Below are positions 48,501-61,336 of a stretch of 64,000 bases of DNA, piece by piece. The stretch covers positions 186,001 to 250,000 of the forward strand of contig OZ287081.1 in NCBI GenBank assembly GCA_965645245.1. Reading direction: 5' to 3'. The notes beneath the pieces are model-generated. The model made no database searches, was not told the origin of the DNA, and saw nothing but the letters and a program-made list of their open reading frames with translations. The position numbers and the translations under genes are program-made. The DNA comes from Massalongia carnosa (taxonomy: Eukaryota). The first letter of the stretch is position 1. Every line of letters begins with the position of its first letter.

Positions 48501-51500
48501 TCATGATCCCACTTCGTACAGTGAGGCCGTCAACGGAAAAGACTGGCGAAAATGGAAAATAGCCATCAAAGAAGAACTTGATGCCCTACTGTCAAACGGA
48601 ACATTTTTGGTGGTAAATCAGCCCTCGAATCGAGACCTGATCACGTCCAAATGGGTATTCAAGGTAAAACGTCATGCGAATGGAATGATTGATCGCTACA
48701 AAGCACGTCTGGTAGCCAGAGGATTTAGTCAGAAATACGGAATTGACTATAATGAAACGTTTGCCCCAACCCTGAGATGTGAGACACTCAGAATTCTCTT
48801 TGGGATAGCCGCCGAACTGGATCTGGAAATTCAACAGGCCGATGTATCAAACGCGTACCTTATAGGTGAATTAACAGAGGAAATATACATGGAGATACCT
48901 GAAGGACTTGAGGTCAAAGGACATGAGAAAGCAATTCTTCTAAAAAAGGGATTGTACGGCTTGAAGCAATCAGGGCGAATTTGGAATCAACGTTTCAAAA
49001 AATTCGTCATAAGCATCGGATTCAACGTTATTCCGGCCGACAATTGTGTCTTTTATCATCCTGTCAGCAAAGTTATTATAGCCATCTATGTGGACGACAT
49101 TTTGTATTTCGGACAACAAAACTCGGATATCAAAGCTGTAAAGATACTTATCAGCGAAGAGTTTAAGGTACGAAACATGGGGAACCACGCTCAATTCTTG
49201 GTATACGCATCACCAGAGATAGAGCAAAAAGAACCATCCCCATGGATCAAACAGCCTACATTGAGAGGTTCCTTCGCGATTATCAGATGGACCAGTGTCG
49301 GCCCGTTTCCACCCCTATTGAGGGACACTTGTCGTCTGCAAACGAAAAAGACGTTCGTACCAATCAGCTGGAATATCAACGACGAATAGGAAGCTTGATG
49401 TATGCCATGACTGCAACCCGTCCTGATTTAGCCTACTGCGTGGGAAAATTAAGTCAGCACAGTCATGATCCAACCGAATCACATCGCAGCGCTCTGGATC
49501 GAGTCTTTCGCTACCTGAAAGCCACGTCAAAACTGGGATTGATCTTTGACGGTAGCTCCGAAGTAATTGCATTTGCCGACTCCGATTATGCTAATGAAAA
49601 AGCTGACCGAAAGTCAACTCACGGAATGGTAATGAAAATTTTCGGGGGAGCGTGCATCTGGCGAAGTGCCAAACAGCGATCGACGTCATCATCGAGTACC
49701 GAAGCCGAATACGTCTCCATGTGCGAAGCCGGAAAACAGCTCGTTTGGGCCAGCAGATTAATGAGTCAATTGCATCTGCGTCCCAACAAGGCCATTGACT
49801 TGAAGGGTGACAATCAGGGATGTTTAGCACTTATTAAAAATCCTAAACATCACTCTCGTACAAAACACATTGACGTTCAATATCACTACATTCGGGAAAT
49901 CGTCGACGATGGGTTAATTCGAATTTCCTACGTCCCCACGGCCGAAATGTTAGCTGACATATTCACCAAGCCTTTGCCACAGGCATCATTCGAACGGCTC
50001 CGGGCAAGCCTAGGGGTGAGGATAGTTAGCTAAGGGGTTTGGACGTACATCGGCCGTTTGGCCCATGGCCCAGGGGACAGGCCCCGAGGGCGACACGCGA
50101 TGGTTGGTACTGCGAGGGCATGAGGCCATCCAGACATTCTCGGAGTGGGAGTGTTGAGAATTGAGCCGAGATGTCTGCTTATTAATAAGAGCACTAACCG
50201 AATGCGGATCAAGCACTAAGGGTTATTTCGGCCGTGGCAACACATCACTAATCATTCGAGATGTCATCCATCTGCCAGCTAAGGGAGGCAAAACGGAATA
50301 TATTGTTAGATGGTGAGGCTACCATTGGTTAGATGGTCAGGCTACCATCAATATAGGCATCCATCGTGAGTCACACGGGTGTCTACCAGGCACCTATGGA
50401 GGTGCCTAACAGGCAGCTATGGAGGTGCCTAACAGGCAGCTATGGGAAGCCTACAGCATTACTGCTGTGTGACTGCTATAAAAGCAGGTAGATAGCCCAC
50501 ATAGATAATAACCCTCAATGACATGTATGCTTCTTATTTGCCCTACTTCCGTTTCATGATCAATAGCCTGGTGTTTCAACAGGCCCCAACTAAACTCCAG
50601 TTACCACTCTCGAGAAGCACAACTCCGAGCGCATAGATGTCGTACTGTTTGCGGAATCGCGGTGAGGTCGGAGAAGCATCAGACGGCCACAAGGACGGGT
50701 GGCGGTAATCGTTGCTGCTTCGGTCCAAAGGATTCTCCAGCGAGGGTGTGGTAGGGCGGTCAGGACGCGAGAAGTCGAAACCTAGCAGGAATGGGTGGGA
50801 TGGATCGAGGTCTGAGGATGATGAAGAATAAGTCGGTGACAGGCTGAAAAGAACATTTGATGAACTGACAGCTTTGTGAAGCCAATCAGACGCATGAAGC
50901 TGAAGAATGATATTACAGAGAGCCGTAGCAATCTGGAACCGATCACCCAGGAACGGAGGCGTCGTTGTGCCATTTATGTACTCATGGAGAGAGTAAGGGC
51001 GAGCCGATATTGATGTTGGCAATGCAGCGTTTGATGGTTGGGGTAGTCTTGACATAGCTAGAGGCCTAAACAGAAGACCGTATCTCTCAATAGACTTTTC
51101 TGCAAGATAGTTCGTGTCTTTGAAGTGACCAATGCATCTGAGAAGCACGAAATCGGCTGATCTCTCCGAGCTAAGTACCACAGCAAGCGTCTTGATGCGA
51201 GATCGTATAGTTTCCATGTCATTGAAATTTAATGATCGGTCCACATATCTCCATTCCAGAATCGCGGGTTCATTGCTTCCATCCGCCCTTGCGACTGAGG
51301 CAATGAATCTATTCTGGCCGGCTTTCTTGGTATCTCTAGACTTGAAACTCACCAAATCCGTCACACTGGTTGACGGTAGCAGGAGTTCATTTGCAAAGGA
51401 TGGACTCGACTCGTTCACCACTGCGGTTAAGGCAGCTCGCCTCAGATCTGCGCATGAAGCGAGCAACTCCGTTGTTTTGTTCCGTTTCGCGTTGTTCTTC

Positions 51501-52164
51501 ACTTCTGACAGCGTTGCCTGATCCAAAATTCCCGGAAGCACCACAGATGGTAAACCCTTTGCCAGCGCAATCCACATGTTTGCGGGCAACGCAATCCACA
51601 GGCTCTCATCCAGCAGTCGCAAGTCATCAACAAGTCTCCTAAGCTTGACGCTGTCGCTCAGTGCCCAACGGAGCTTTCCTAGCCGCGATGTTGAGACGAC
51701 GATCGAACGTTCCATCGTCGGCCGTTTGACTTCCGCAATATTCACCGCGGCACAGCTGCGTATATCCTCCAGACTCAGATCCTGAAGCCCAATCATAGGA
51801 TCTGGGGTTGAATCCTGACCAGCCTCGCAAATTCTGACCCCGTACCAAAAAATATTACGTCGATGTCGTCCAATAACAATTTGATAGCGTCGAGACGCGC
51901 AACAACGAATTTCTGCGTCTCGTACGATTCTCTCAATAGCAATTGGCACCCCTGCGCCTGAGAAATCCCAAGATGTCTGCCCCAGAGTTGCAGCCTCCGT
52001 CTCTCAACTTCAAGATCAACTTCAAGATGCACACCTAGTAGATGTGCGTCTTTGCCGATGTCATTTGCAGATCGGATGAAAAAATCATACGCTCTATTGC
52101 AGGTCTGGAACAGAGAGAGCAGGCTCGCAAGACCTATGCCTCCGATGATGAGTTCCACCGGCAT
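45504..52164 (-). pseudogene. HeLo + pseudokinase protein, copy 2 (Copia insertion)
   Basis: Paralog of 11030-12851. Frameshift near 51850, a 12-nt duplication (EVDLEV), and a retrotransposon at 45761-50581. Confidence 0.9.
45761..50581 (+). mobile_element. Ty1/Copia LTR retrotransposon, internally deleted
   Basis: 430-bp LTRs at 45761-46190 and 50152-50581 (TG...CA), TSD GGCCC, PBS ggttatgagccc, PPT ggagtgggag. Gag CCHC, integrase (PEQNGVAER), RT (YVDD) and RNase H (ADSDYA). No recognisable protease; frameshifts near 46680 and 49190. Confidence 0.96.
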
Positions 52165-52551
52165 TGTGAGCCAGAGAATACTATGAAAGAAGAAATGAAG
52201 TCACAAATAATCAAATAATCATCCACTTCTCCTTCTGACGAGTACGCTACTTTCGATTATCAACAAGCGGTATTATTTCTGGCTAGTTCATGTGACCTCG
52301 TATTGCTTCTATTTCTAAGGTTGGCGGAAACACAGCGATCTGCACCTCGCTGGCGCCGTCACTCTCGCCGGCGCCTCTACCTAGCGCCCCCTTTCGGGCC
52401 TTGGTGCAGATCGCGGTGGATGCTCCCTCTACCTCTGCGGCTGAGACCTGGAGTGGGTGGGCGGGTCAAAAACTACTATGCAGTGCTACCTCCGAATCCG
52501 AGATGATGAGGAGATATAGGACTGCTGTTGCCATCTATATAGCCTCCATCT

Positions 52552-55500
52552 CAGTGTTCGCAATGGAGTGATTCTTAATGGATATCCACTCCATTTAATC
52601 CACTCCAATCCACTCCAAAGGTTTTTTTTTTAAATGGAGTCCATCCAATAAGGTTTTAGGCTTAATGGAGTCACTCCAATAAGGATTTATCTAATGGAGT
52701 GGACTCCATGGAGTCCAATGGATTAGGGCCTAAAAATAGGTGGTGTTTTAGGTATAGCTCCAGGGGCCTTAAAGCTATGGTAATTCCCACATTTTAAGTG
52801 ATATTTCACTTGTTTTACTGCTTTTATTCGTGTCAACCTACAAATATCACTTGCTATGGACTGAATTTGCTTCTATTTAAACTAGAAACCACCAAAATCC
52901 GTCCCGAACCGTACTTGCAGTGATGTCTGATATTAGTGACGATACAACTACAACCCGCCCCGACCCTGGCGAGACAGAGTCAGTATTTGAGCTTCCTGGA
53001 GCATGTGATATCGACGTTCCTGAACGTATTACGCGTGGCAGAAAGCGTACGGTTGGTTCAGCAGAGCTTGGGAATGAAGCTTCAAGAGTATTGATCCATA
53101 TCCTTTATTTAATCAAGCTTATATATTAATATATGGCAGAGGTCTCCATCCCAGTCAGCCCTGAGCTTTTCTCGACGTTCCCCTGCACCCTCCACGACTT
53201 CCCAAGCTACGGAGCGTCCCCATATCATCCTGAGCGGCACTATATACTCTGAGAACGACAGGAACGCTCCTGGTAACCATTCCAGCAGCCCTTCTAGGCC
53301 GTCACCTATAACCTCTATTGAAGGCAGGGTTATTGGTGGCCGGTTTTCGTCTCCTACAAGTGGAATAGCTTCAAAGAGAGCTAGAGCGAGCCGTAGTTGG
53401 ATATGGGATTGGGGCACCAAGGCAGAGAGGGAGGGCAAGGCCTATTGGGTGTGTAACAAATGTAAAGTACCAGATTTATACTTATTTGCCATGTTTGCTA
53501 TGAAAATTTGTATAGAACTCAGTGTAATTCCGCCCATTTTATATGTACCGAACCATCGACTTGTCATTTTGACATGTACTATACATTTGTCCAATATCTA
53601 TTTAATTTATATTAACGATTATTAAAGCTAATTAACTACAGGTGTTGCAGACGGTTCTAATACTGAGTATATGATCACAAACGGCACTGCTTCATGTGGA
53701 GAGCACTTACGAAAGGACCATAATCTTGTTCCACCTAAGGAAGCAGCTGCTAGGGCATCTATCTCTGTTGTTGAACATCTTCAACAAGGGGTAGTAGTTG
53801 CTCCTTTTAGTCCAGAAGTCTTTCGACAAAAGCTCTTACGATTTCTTTGTATTTGTCATATTCCTTTTGCCATTGTAGAGCAGCGTGCTTTTCGAGACCT
53901 GCTTTTATATTCAAGTCCGTATTTACGAGGCAATGATACACTCCCCAAGTCGGGCAATTCCATTAAAGCTGCACTATTAGAGATATTTCTAGCTTGTCAA
54001 CTTGTATTGATTCAGTTATTAGTGGAAAGCAACTGCCAAGTCCATATATCCTTTGACTTATGGTCGTCTCCTAATAATTTCTCTATGCTAGGTCTTTGCT
54101 GTCACTTTATTGATCGTTCCTGGCAAGCACGTACAGTGATTCTTGGCATGAAGCGTCTTATTGGACCCCATAGTGGAGAGAATATGTCAAAATTAATAGT
54201 CAAGGCCCTTGAAGTTTATAAACTAGGGGGTAGGCTCGGCTACTGTGTTTTGGATAATGCCGGTGATAATGACACTTGCTTGAGAGCAGTCGAGGAACAT
54301 CTCCTTTTGCAGGGAGTTAGGTGGGACGCTGATACTCACCGACTACGTTGTTTCGGCCATATCGTTAATCTCGTGGCAACTGCATTCTTAGAGAACAAAC
54401 CTACGAAGCAAGCGCGTCAACGACTCCCAGGGGAGCCCAAGGCAGTCTGGAAACGTCCAATAGATGCTATTACGAAGCTTCATGTGATTATTGTCTTTAT
54501 AATGGCCACCGCTCAAAGGATCGAGCAGTTTGAAGGGATTAATAAGACGATTCAAGACCCTCTCTTGCATCCAATTAAAGAGCAAATCACTAGATGGTTT
54601 TCAACTCTTAATATGCTTCGACGGGCCATTCAAATCAAAGACTCTCTTGATCTATTCGTCCATCGTAACTCTGAGCAATCATTTACTGAGAAGACTCTTT
54701 TTGATTCGCAAATGACGGTTGACGATTGGAACTACGCCAAGGAAGTGATTGCTTTTATGGAACCACTCGAAGAGCTTATGATGAGTTTACAAGGAAGAGA
54801 GATGTCTGGTATATTATATAAGCTTTAAATAACTCGATAATCACTAAGCTTTTAATAGGAAATAATGGTTACGCTCACCAAGTGCTCCCTTCATATGATT
54901 TAATTAAAAGGGGATGGAAGAGCAGCTATTTGGCTTTGAGCTTGATGAAGTCGATCAGTCAAACCCACAGGAACTAGCTAGTAAACGACTGGAACTGAAC
55001 ATTATTAACGCCATGCAAAAGCTAGAGAAATACCGTCAACTACTCACTTCCCCTATTTATTTAGTGGCCGTCGTCCTGATGCCCTGGTATAAGTGGACTT
55101 ATTTTGAGGATAGTATGAGTGCTAGTGACCTTGCTCAAGCTCGTACGAAGGTCCAAAAACTTTGGCAAGACTTATATGCAAATATAGAGGTTGCTGAAGA
55201 TGATACACCGTCACCTGGAAGTCAAAATAATAAGGTATATTAACACTTATTAATATAAAAACACGGCTAACTATATTTGTAGCACGCTAAGCCCTCCCTT
55301 TTGAAGGAACACCTTAAAAGGAGTACAAACAAAGCTAAATCCACTGTCAGAGATGAATATAGACGGTACTGTAATACAGAACCAGTTGATGAAGATGGTT
55401 GCGGGTTCTCTGGCCACTTAGAATGGTGGAAAGCTCACGAGCCTCACTATCCTAGACTAGCTCAAATGGCCAGGGATATATTCTCTGTGCCTGGCATGAG

Positions 55501-56359
55501 TGCAGAGGTCGAACGCTTGTTCTCTTCGTCCAAATTGATGATTCCAGATCATAGGAATCGTCTAAAACCCGACTTTATTGAGGCAGGAGAGTGTATTAGA
55601 AGCTGGGCCATGGGTGGGCTAGTTCTAGGAGACTATTTCGAGTACTTACCAGCGTACCAGAAGGCAGGAGAGAAGTTCGGGGATCAAGGGAACCCATAGG
55701 AGGTGGGATGAGTGCATAGTTGCCAAGGGGACTAGAAGTTGATATTTGCTATGTTTGATGGCAAATTTGGCATTGCTGGAAAGGTTCTTTTAGGTATCTT
55801 TTGAATTTTTCCTAGTTAATTTTAGTTGAAAGGTTCAAAAACTACTTTGAATTCGTGGAGAACAAATGCAAAAACACTCCTTCCTCATCACTTCAACATC
55901 GCAACCTCAATCTACCACCTATATTTCAGACTCTACCCCCTAGCCGAGGTTTACCGGGCCATGGAAGGTGCGAAAATCCAGCCAAAATCATCAAAACACA
56001 AAGGTCGTCGTCCTCGCTTAGCTGGGTCGTCGTCTCGATTAGGCAATTTATATCTACTACAAAGTGGTTTTACGCTCGAGGGAGGTTCCGGAAAGGTTTG
56101 TACGCACTGCACTTCAGTGGAGTCCATGGAGTCCATGGATTAAATGGATTAAATGGATTTAATCCAGTGGAGTCCACTGGATTTACTCCACTGGAGATCC
56201 ATGGACTCCGATCCACTCCATCCATTAAATATATTCCTTAATGGAGTCCAATCCATTAAGGTTTAATCTTAATGGACTCCAATCCATATAAGTCTAGACT
56301 TAATGGATTGGATTGGAGCGCCACTCCAATCCAATCCAGTCACTCCATTGCGAACACTG
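52552..56359 (+). mobile_element. hAT DNA transposon
   Basis: 20-bp TIR cagtgttcgcaatggagtga and dense subterminal atggagt/actccat repeats at 52560-52720 and 56115-56350. Flanks do not form a TSD. Confidence 0.93.
52923..55699 (+). CDS. hAT transposase, multi-exon, possibly intact
   Basis: BED-finger residues (WIW..WVCNKC..HLRKDH), SFDLWSS, LDNA, RCFGHIVNL, TRWFST and the dimerisation motif YPRLAQMARDIFSVPGMSAEVERLFS. Exact splicing not verified. Confidence 0.85.
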
Positions 56360-59235
56360 CTCGTCAATGTGAAAGATGTGCAAAGCTTTCTGGGTTTTGC
56401 TAACTTTTATATACAATTCATGTATGGGTTTAGCGACATAGCTGGCCCCCTAACCAACCTGACCAAGAAGGAGACGGAATTCCTGTGGACTGACAAATGC
56501 CAATTGGCATTCGAAATGCTGAAAAAAGCTTTCACCTCCGATGTCATTCTCAGGCATTTCGACCCCGATCGTCCCATCATCGTCGAAACCGATGCCTCCG
56601 ACTATGTTTCGGGGGGCATTCTTTCTCAATACGACGATGATGGGATACTTCACCCCGTCGCCTACTTCTCAAAGAAGCACAATCCCGCCGAGTGCAACTA
56701 CGAGATCTATGACAAAGAACTGATGGCAATCGTTCGATGTTTTGAAGAATGGCGACCCGAACTAGAAGGATCTGCCTTCCCCATCAGCGTCATATCCGAC
56801 CACAAAAACCTGGAGTATTTTGCCTCCACCAAGCAGCTCAGCCGTCGCCAAGCTAGATGGAGCGAATTTCTCTCTCGATTTGACTTCAAGATAGTCTATC
56901 GACCAGGAAAAGCCGGAGGAAAACCGGACGCTCTAACTCGTCGATCGGGAGATCTTCCTAAAGAAGGGGATGATACGGACGAGCGAAGGAAATTTCAACA
57001 CCAAACCATTTTGAAAACCGAAAACCTGGATGAGGAAGTCGCAAAAAGTTATTTGCGATCCATTCTTCTGGCACCAGCTTTCCTAGATGATGCAGATATC
57101 GAAGAAGCAGAACCTCAGCTAGATGAGGACCTCATCGATCCCGATGAGGATATCTCCACGGAGCTCCTCTGGGAACAAGCCCTGACACGAGACCAATTCG
57201 CCCCCGAAGTCCTGGAAGCCCTTCGTAATAACGAGAGGCATCACAATCGAATCCAATTAGCCGAATGCGAAGATAGGGACGGTATCTTGTATTTTCGAAA
57301 CAAGAAATACGTACCTCGATCCGATCGTCTGAGGCTTCGTATCATTCAACTCGCTCACGATAGCGTCGCCGGCGGACATCCGGGCCGTTCCAAATGCCAT
57401 GAGTTGGTAAATCGATCCTACTGGTGGCCCAGCATGCATCAGTCCATCAAGCGATTTATCCGAAACTGCCACACTTGCAGAAGATCAAAACCATCCCGCC
57501 AGCGCTATCAGGGCTGGCTACGCCCACTCCCCCCCCCCGAGCGCAGATGGCGGGATATTTCCATGGATTATGTAGGCCCCCTGACCCCCAGCACCTTCAT
57601 GGGAATCACTTATCGCTACATCTTGGTGGTTATAGATCGCCTGTCCAAGATGCGACATTTCATTCCTATCACGTCCATGGAAGTTGAAGACGCCGCCGAT
57701 GCGTTCTATCAGAATGTCTGGAAACTACATGGGCTTCCCGAAGCCATGGTTTCTGATCGTGGCCCCCAATTCGTCTCCGATTTCTGGCAGCTCATGTGCA
57801 AGAGGCTGAAAATCGACGCCAAGCTATCCACCGGATACCACCCGGAGACCGACGGGCAGACCGAGCGAGCCAACGCCACCATGGAGCACTACCTAAGGGC
57901 TTATGTCAACTACATGCAGGATGACTGGGCACAATGGCTTCCTGGCGCCGAATTCGCCAGCAATAACACCGATTCATCTAGTATCCTGGCCTCCCCCTTC
58001 CTAGCCAACTTCGGGCAACATCCCCGCATGGGATTTGAACCGGAGGAACCCCTGCCGCAAGACCTAACCGCTCAGGGCAGAGCAAACCTAGTTGCAGCCA
58101 ATCAGTTCGTGAATAAGATGCAGGATATCGACACTCATCTTCGAGACGAAATGCTGATGGCCCAAGCTTCGTACGAAGCAACTGCAAATGCTAACCGACG
58201 TCCCTGCCCCCGCTATTTCGTTGGCGATATGGTGTGGCTAAGCACCAGAAATATCCAAACCGCTCGCCCCACAGTCAAGCTGGATGACCGAAATATCGGC
58301 CCCTACCGCGTCAGCAAGGTGTTTTCCAACCCCTTGATCGTACAGCTGGAGCTTCCCGATACCGTCAAAATCCATCCCGTCTTTCACGTCAATCTGTTGC
58401 AGCATGATGCCAATGACCCCCTCCCCGGGCAGAGACCGGAGCCTAGAGACCCCGTCATCGCCGAAGATGGCCAACGAGAATGGTATGTCAATAGGGTATT
58501 GAATTCCAAGCTCGACCGACGTTTTCAACCCCCGCTTCTGAAATACCTAGTGGATTGGGAAGGGCATCCTTCCACCTGGGAGCCTTTCAACTATCTCATC
58601 AATTGTCAGCAAGTCATAGACGAATACCACCAAGCCTATCCCAATGCGGCCGGCCCTCATCTAAACCCCTGTCAAATTCCCCGTTGCCAATGCCACGAGG
58701 CATAGATAAGATGGCATCGCAGGAGCTCTGCCTTGAAGGGGGAGCTACTGTCATGAAATGCCTCCGACCTCACCACGTGCCTCTATCACGTGCCTTGATC
58801 TGATAACTACTCACGGACGTCGTGCCATGCCTTCGGGACCCTCATATCATTCTTCGAATTCGCCGATTACTGATCATTAATCAGCCTCGCATTGATGATT
58901 TATTCCCGTCTTTCGACTATTATCATGTCTAATAGCTTCGCATTGATGTTTGACATCTCCCGTCTCCTCGCTGACCCCATCGTGCTTATTGCCGCTATAA
59001 TGCCCCTCATTCATCATCGCACTGACTAGACATCATTCGCCGCCACCCTAGAAAGATGAATATGGGAGGACAAAGATATAAGAAAGAAGTCGAATCATGG
59101 AAGTTCTGATTCTTTGTCGAACGTCTTGAATAGCCAACCTAGCCTAGCCTAGATTCATAGCTATAGACTCAATCAATAAGCTTGACCATCAACCCACCTT
59201 GCCTTTGCCCTTGCCCTCGACCTGATTTCGTGACA
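56360..59235 (+). mobile_element. Ty3/Gypsy chromovirus, 5'-truncated (RNase H, integrase, chromodomain, 3' LTR 58749-59235)
   Basis: Motifs ETDASD, YDKEL, GHPG, HPETDGQTER and chromodomain YLVDWEG..TWEP. PPT gaagggggagctac; LTR tgtcatgaaat...atttcgtgaca. Confidence 0.95.
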
Positions 59236-59878
59236 ACCATACTCTAATACGTCAGGAGTATAAAAGTCCCTGTTTAAATTAGTTCATGAAGAAACTCTAC
59301 CACAGAAAAGATAAGAGTTATTCAGTTTGACGTACCAGTCTGCGTCTATATTCATCAAAATCTTATCAACCTGGAACCAGAAACTTCCTTCTTTCTTTTC
59401 TATCTGCTTAAGAACAACATATCTCTATCATTCATTGATATTAGCTTTTGCAATAAACAATATGCAAGATAATAATATGAAGGGAAGCCTACCCAACGAG
59501 CTGCTGCTTCCCACAAAGACATGTCATTGTCCACATGTTTAGTCTCCGAGTCCACTTCTGACCTTAGGCATTCGGCAAAATCCGCAAGAGGTTTATCGAC
59601 AATATCTTGACACTTGAGGAGTCGTTCCTTTAGTTTAGCCTTTTCCTCTATGCGGACTATCCCCACTAAAGCGACAGCATTGTCTGGAAGTATTAGATCA
59701 GAAGGAAAATAACCTCGTAATAAGGTCTTAACTATAGTATTAGCTATGGAATACTAAACGAGCCTAATGATAACATACTAATACTTACTTGGGATCGCTC
59801 CATGTGCTTTATTTGTATCGTTCGAAAGTTAAGCGTGGGCGTATTATGGGTCTGATTATCTGCAACATGAGCCACAAG

Positions 59879-60422
59879 TGTCAAGGGACTGGATTGGATG
59901 GTCAAGCTTTCTAATTGACTGAGTCTATAGCTACAACTAGGCTAGATTGGCTATTCAAGACGTCGGACAAGGAGCCAGAACTTTCGAGACTCGACCCCTT
60001 CTTTTATATCTGTTCCTCACCTCCTTACCCCTTTGTTTCCTTGATCTTCGATGTCTCCTATTCATCTCCTTTTCCTAAGTTAATACGAAGACACCTAATG
60101 GGGACCGGGTAATTATGGTTTCGAAGATCGGAGGCGGAGCCGTACTCGATCTAACCGCATCGAGAAAGGTTGGAACAGCGCGCACTGACCAATGAAGCTG
60201 TGGTAGGTCCAATGAACCCGCGGTAGGTCCAATGAATCCGCGGTAGTTCCAATGAACCTGCGTTAGGTCCAATAAACCTACGTTAGGTCCAATGAACCTG
60301 CGTTAGGTCCAATAAACCCGCGGTAGCTCCAATGAACCTGCGGTACGGTAGGTAGGGACAGGAAAGAGGGGGCAACTAGGGATAAGGCCGAGATCCTTTT
60401 GGTTCGAAGCCGTTTCATGACA
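59879..60422. mobile_element. Solo LTR, 544 bp
   Basis: TGTCA...TGACA ends flanked by a 5-bp TSD ACAAG. Confidence 0.85.
60204..60345 (+). repeat. 7 x 20-bp tandem repeat inside the solo LTR
   Basis: Consensus taggtccaatgaacc(c/t)gcg(g/t). Confidence 0.9.
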
Positions 60423-61013
60423 ACAAGTATTATGCTGAAAGATTACACAAACCGCCCGTAGCTCTGTGGCATATTTTATAGATTTGGCTTCCTTTTAATC
60501 CGTGTGATCTCCTTCCTATTTTGCAACTGAAGCTTGTATATAGATGATAGTTGGTACCCCGTGGAACACTAATATGTATCATTAAAAAGCATGTTCTAAA
60601 TAAAACATGAAACATTGAACGTGGTGCGATTACATATTAAGAGAGGGAACAAGTTCATGCCGTACCTTGATAAAAGTTTCTGTAGCACGTCGACCTAGAT
60701 AGAAATCTAATAGGGACTATGTACGAAAACTAGTAAGATGAAGAAAGAAAGCTATGTACAGATCGCCGGTTAATAAATACTCATACCCATGTTAAGCCTA
60801 ATGCGGGTTTTCATTACCGTCGTTGAACTGCTTATATCACGAGTATTGATAATGTCACTACAGGCAGTGCTAGATCCGTTTTCGGTTAGATAAGGTGAAT
60901 AGCACTACGTCATGTGTTGCCTGAGGTTAGAACGGTGTAATCCGTGACATAATCAGAATTTTCTTTTAATTTAAAGATAAGAATTCAAGTTTCATTCAAA
61001 CAATATGCAAGTA

Positions 61014-61161
61014 CGTCGCGTAATGGGTTGGGTTTTCGTCACAAAATTGCTTTTTCGTCTTCGAATTTGTCTTTCAAAACTCAATCCAAACATCAAAAAT
61101 AATTATTTTCGCCACAAACGTATTAGATTTTCAGTTAAGAAACCGGACCCATTGCGCGACG
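61014..61161. mobile_element. MITE (Tc1/mariner-pogo type)
   Basis: Imperfect 22-bp TIR cgtcgcg(t/c)aatgggt..ggttt, TA on both sides, AT-rich interior. Confidence 0.7.
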
Positions 61162-61336
61162 TATATTGTCGTTTATCATCGAATCGTATGTTCTCAACAC
61201 GTTTTCTGTTCGCAGATAGCGATATCAAAATAATCGTATCTGCGATAATATGTTAGATTAACAGCTGACGCTAGATCTAATTAAGCTATTGTTACGATAT
61301 GTCGAACGCGAATCGTAATAAGAATCTGATCACTTA

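Larger units (their letters stand above)
32180..52294 (-). repeat. Right arm of large inverted segmental duplication
   Basis: Reverse complement of 10899-30036, with different TE insertions. Confidence 0.97.

Noticed and set aside
59240..59860. Possible intron-containing gene fragment on the minus strand
   Set aside because: No recognisable motif and an in-frame stop; cannot be called.
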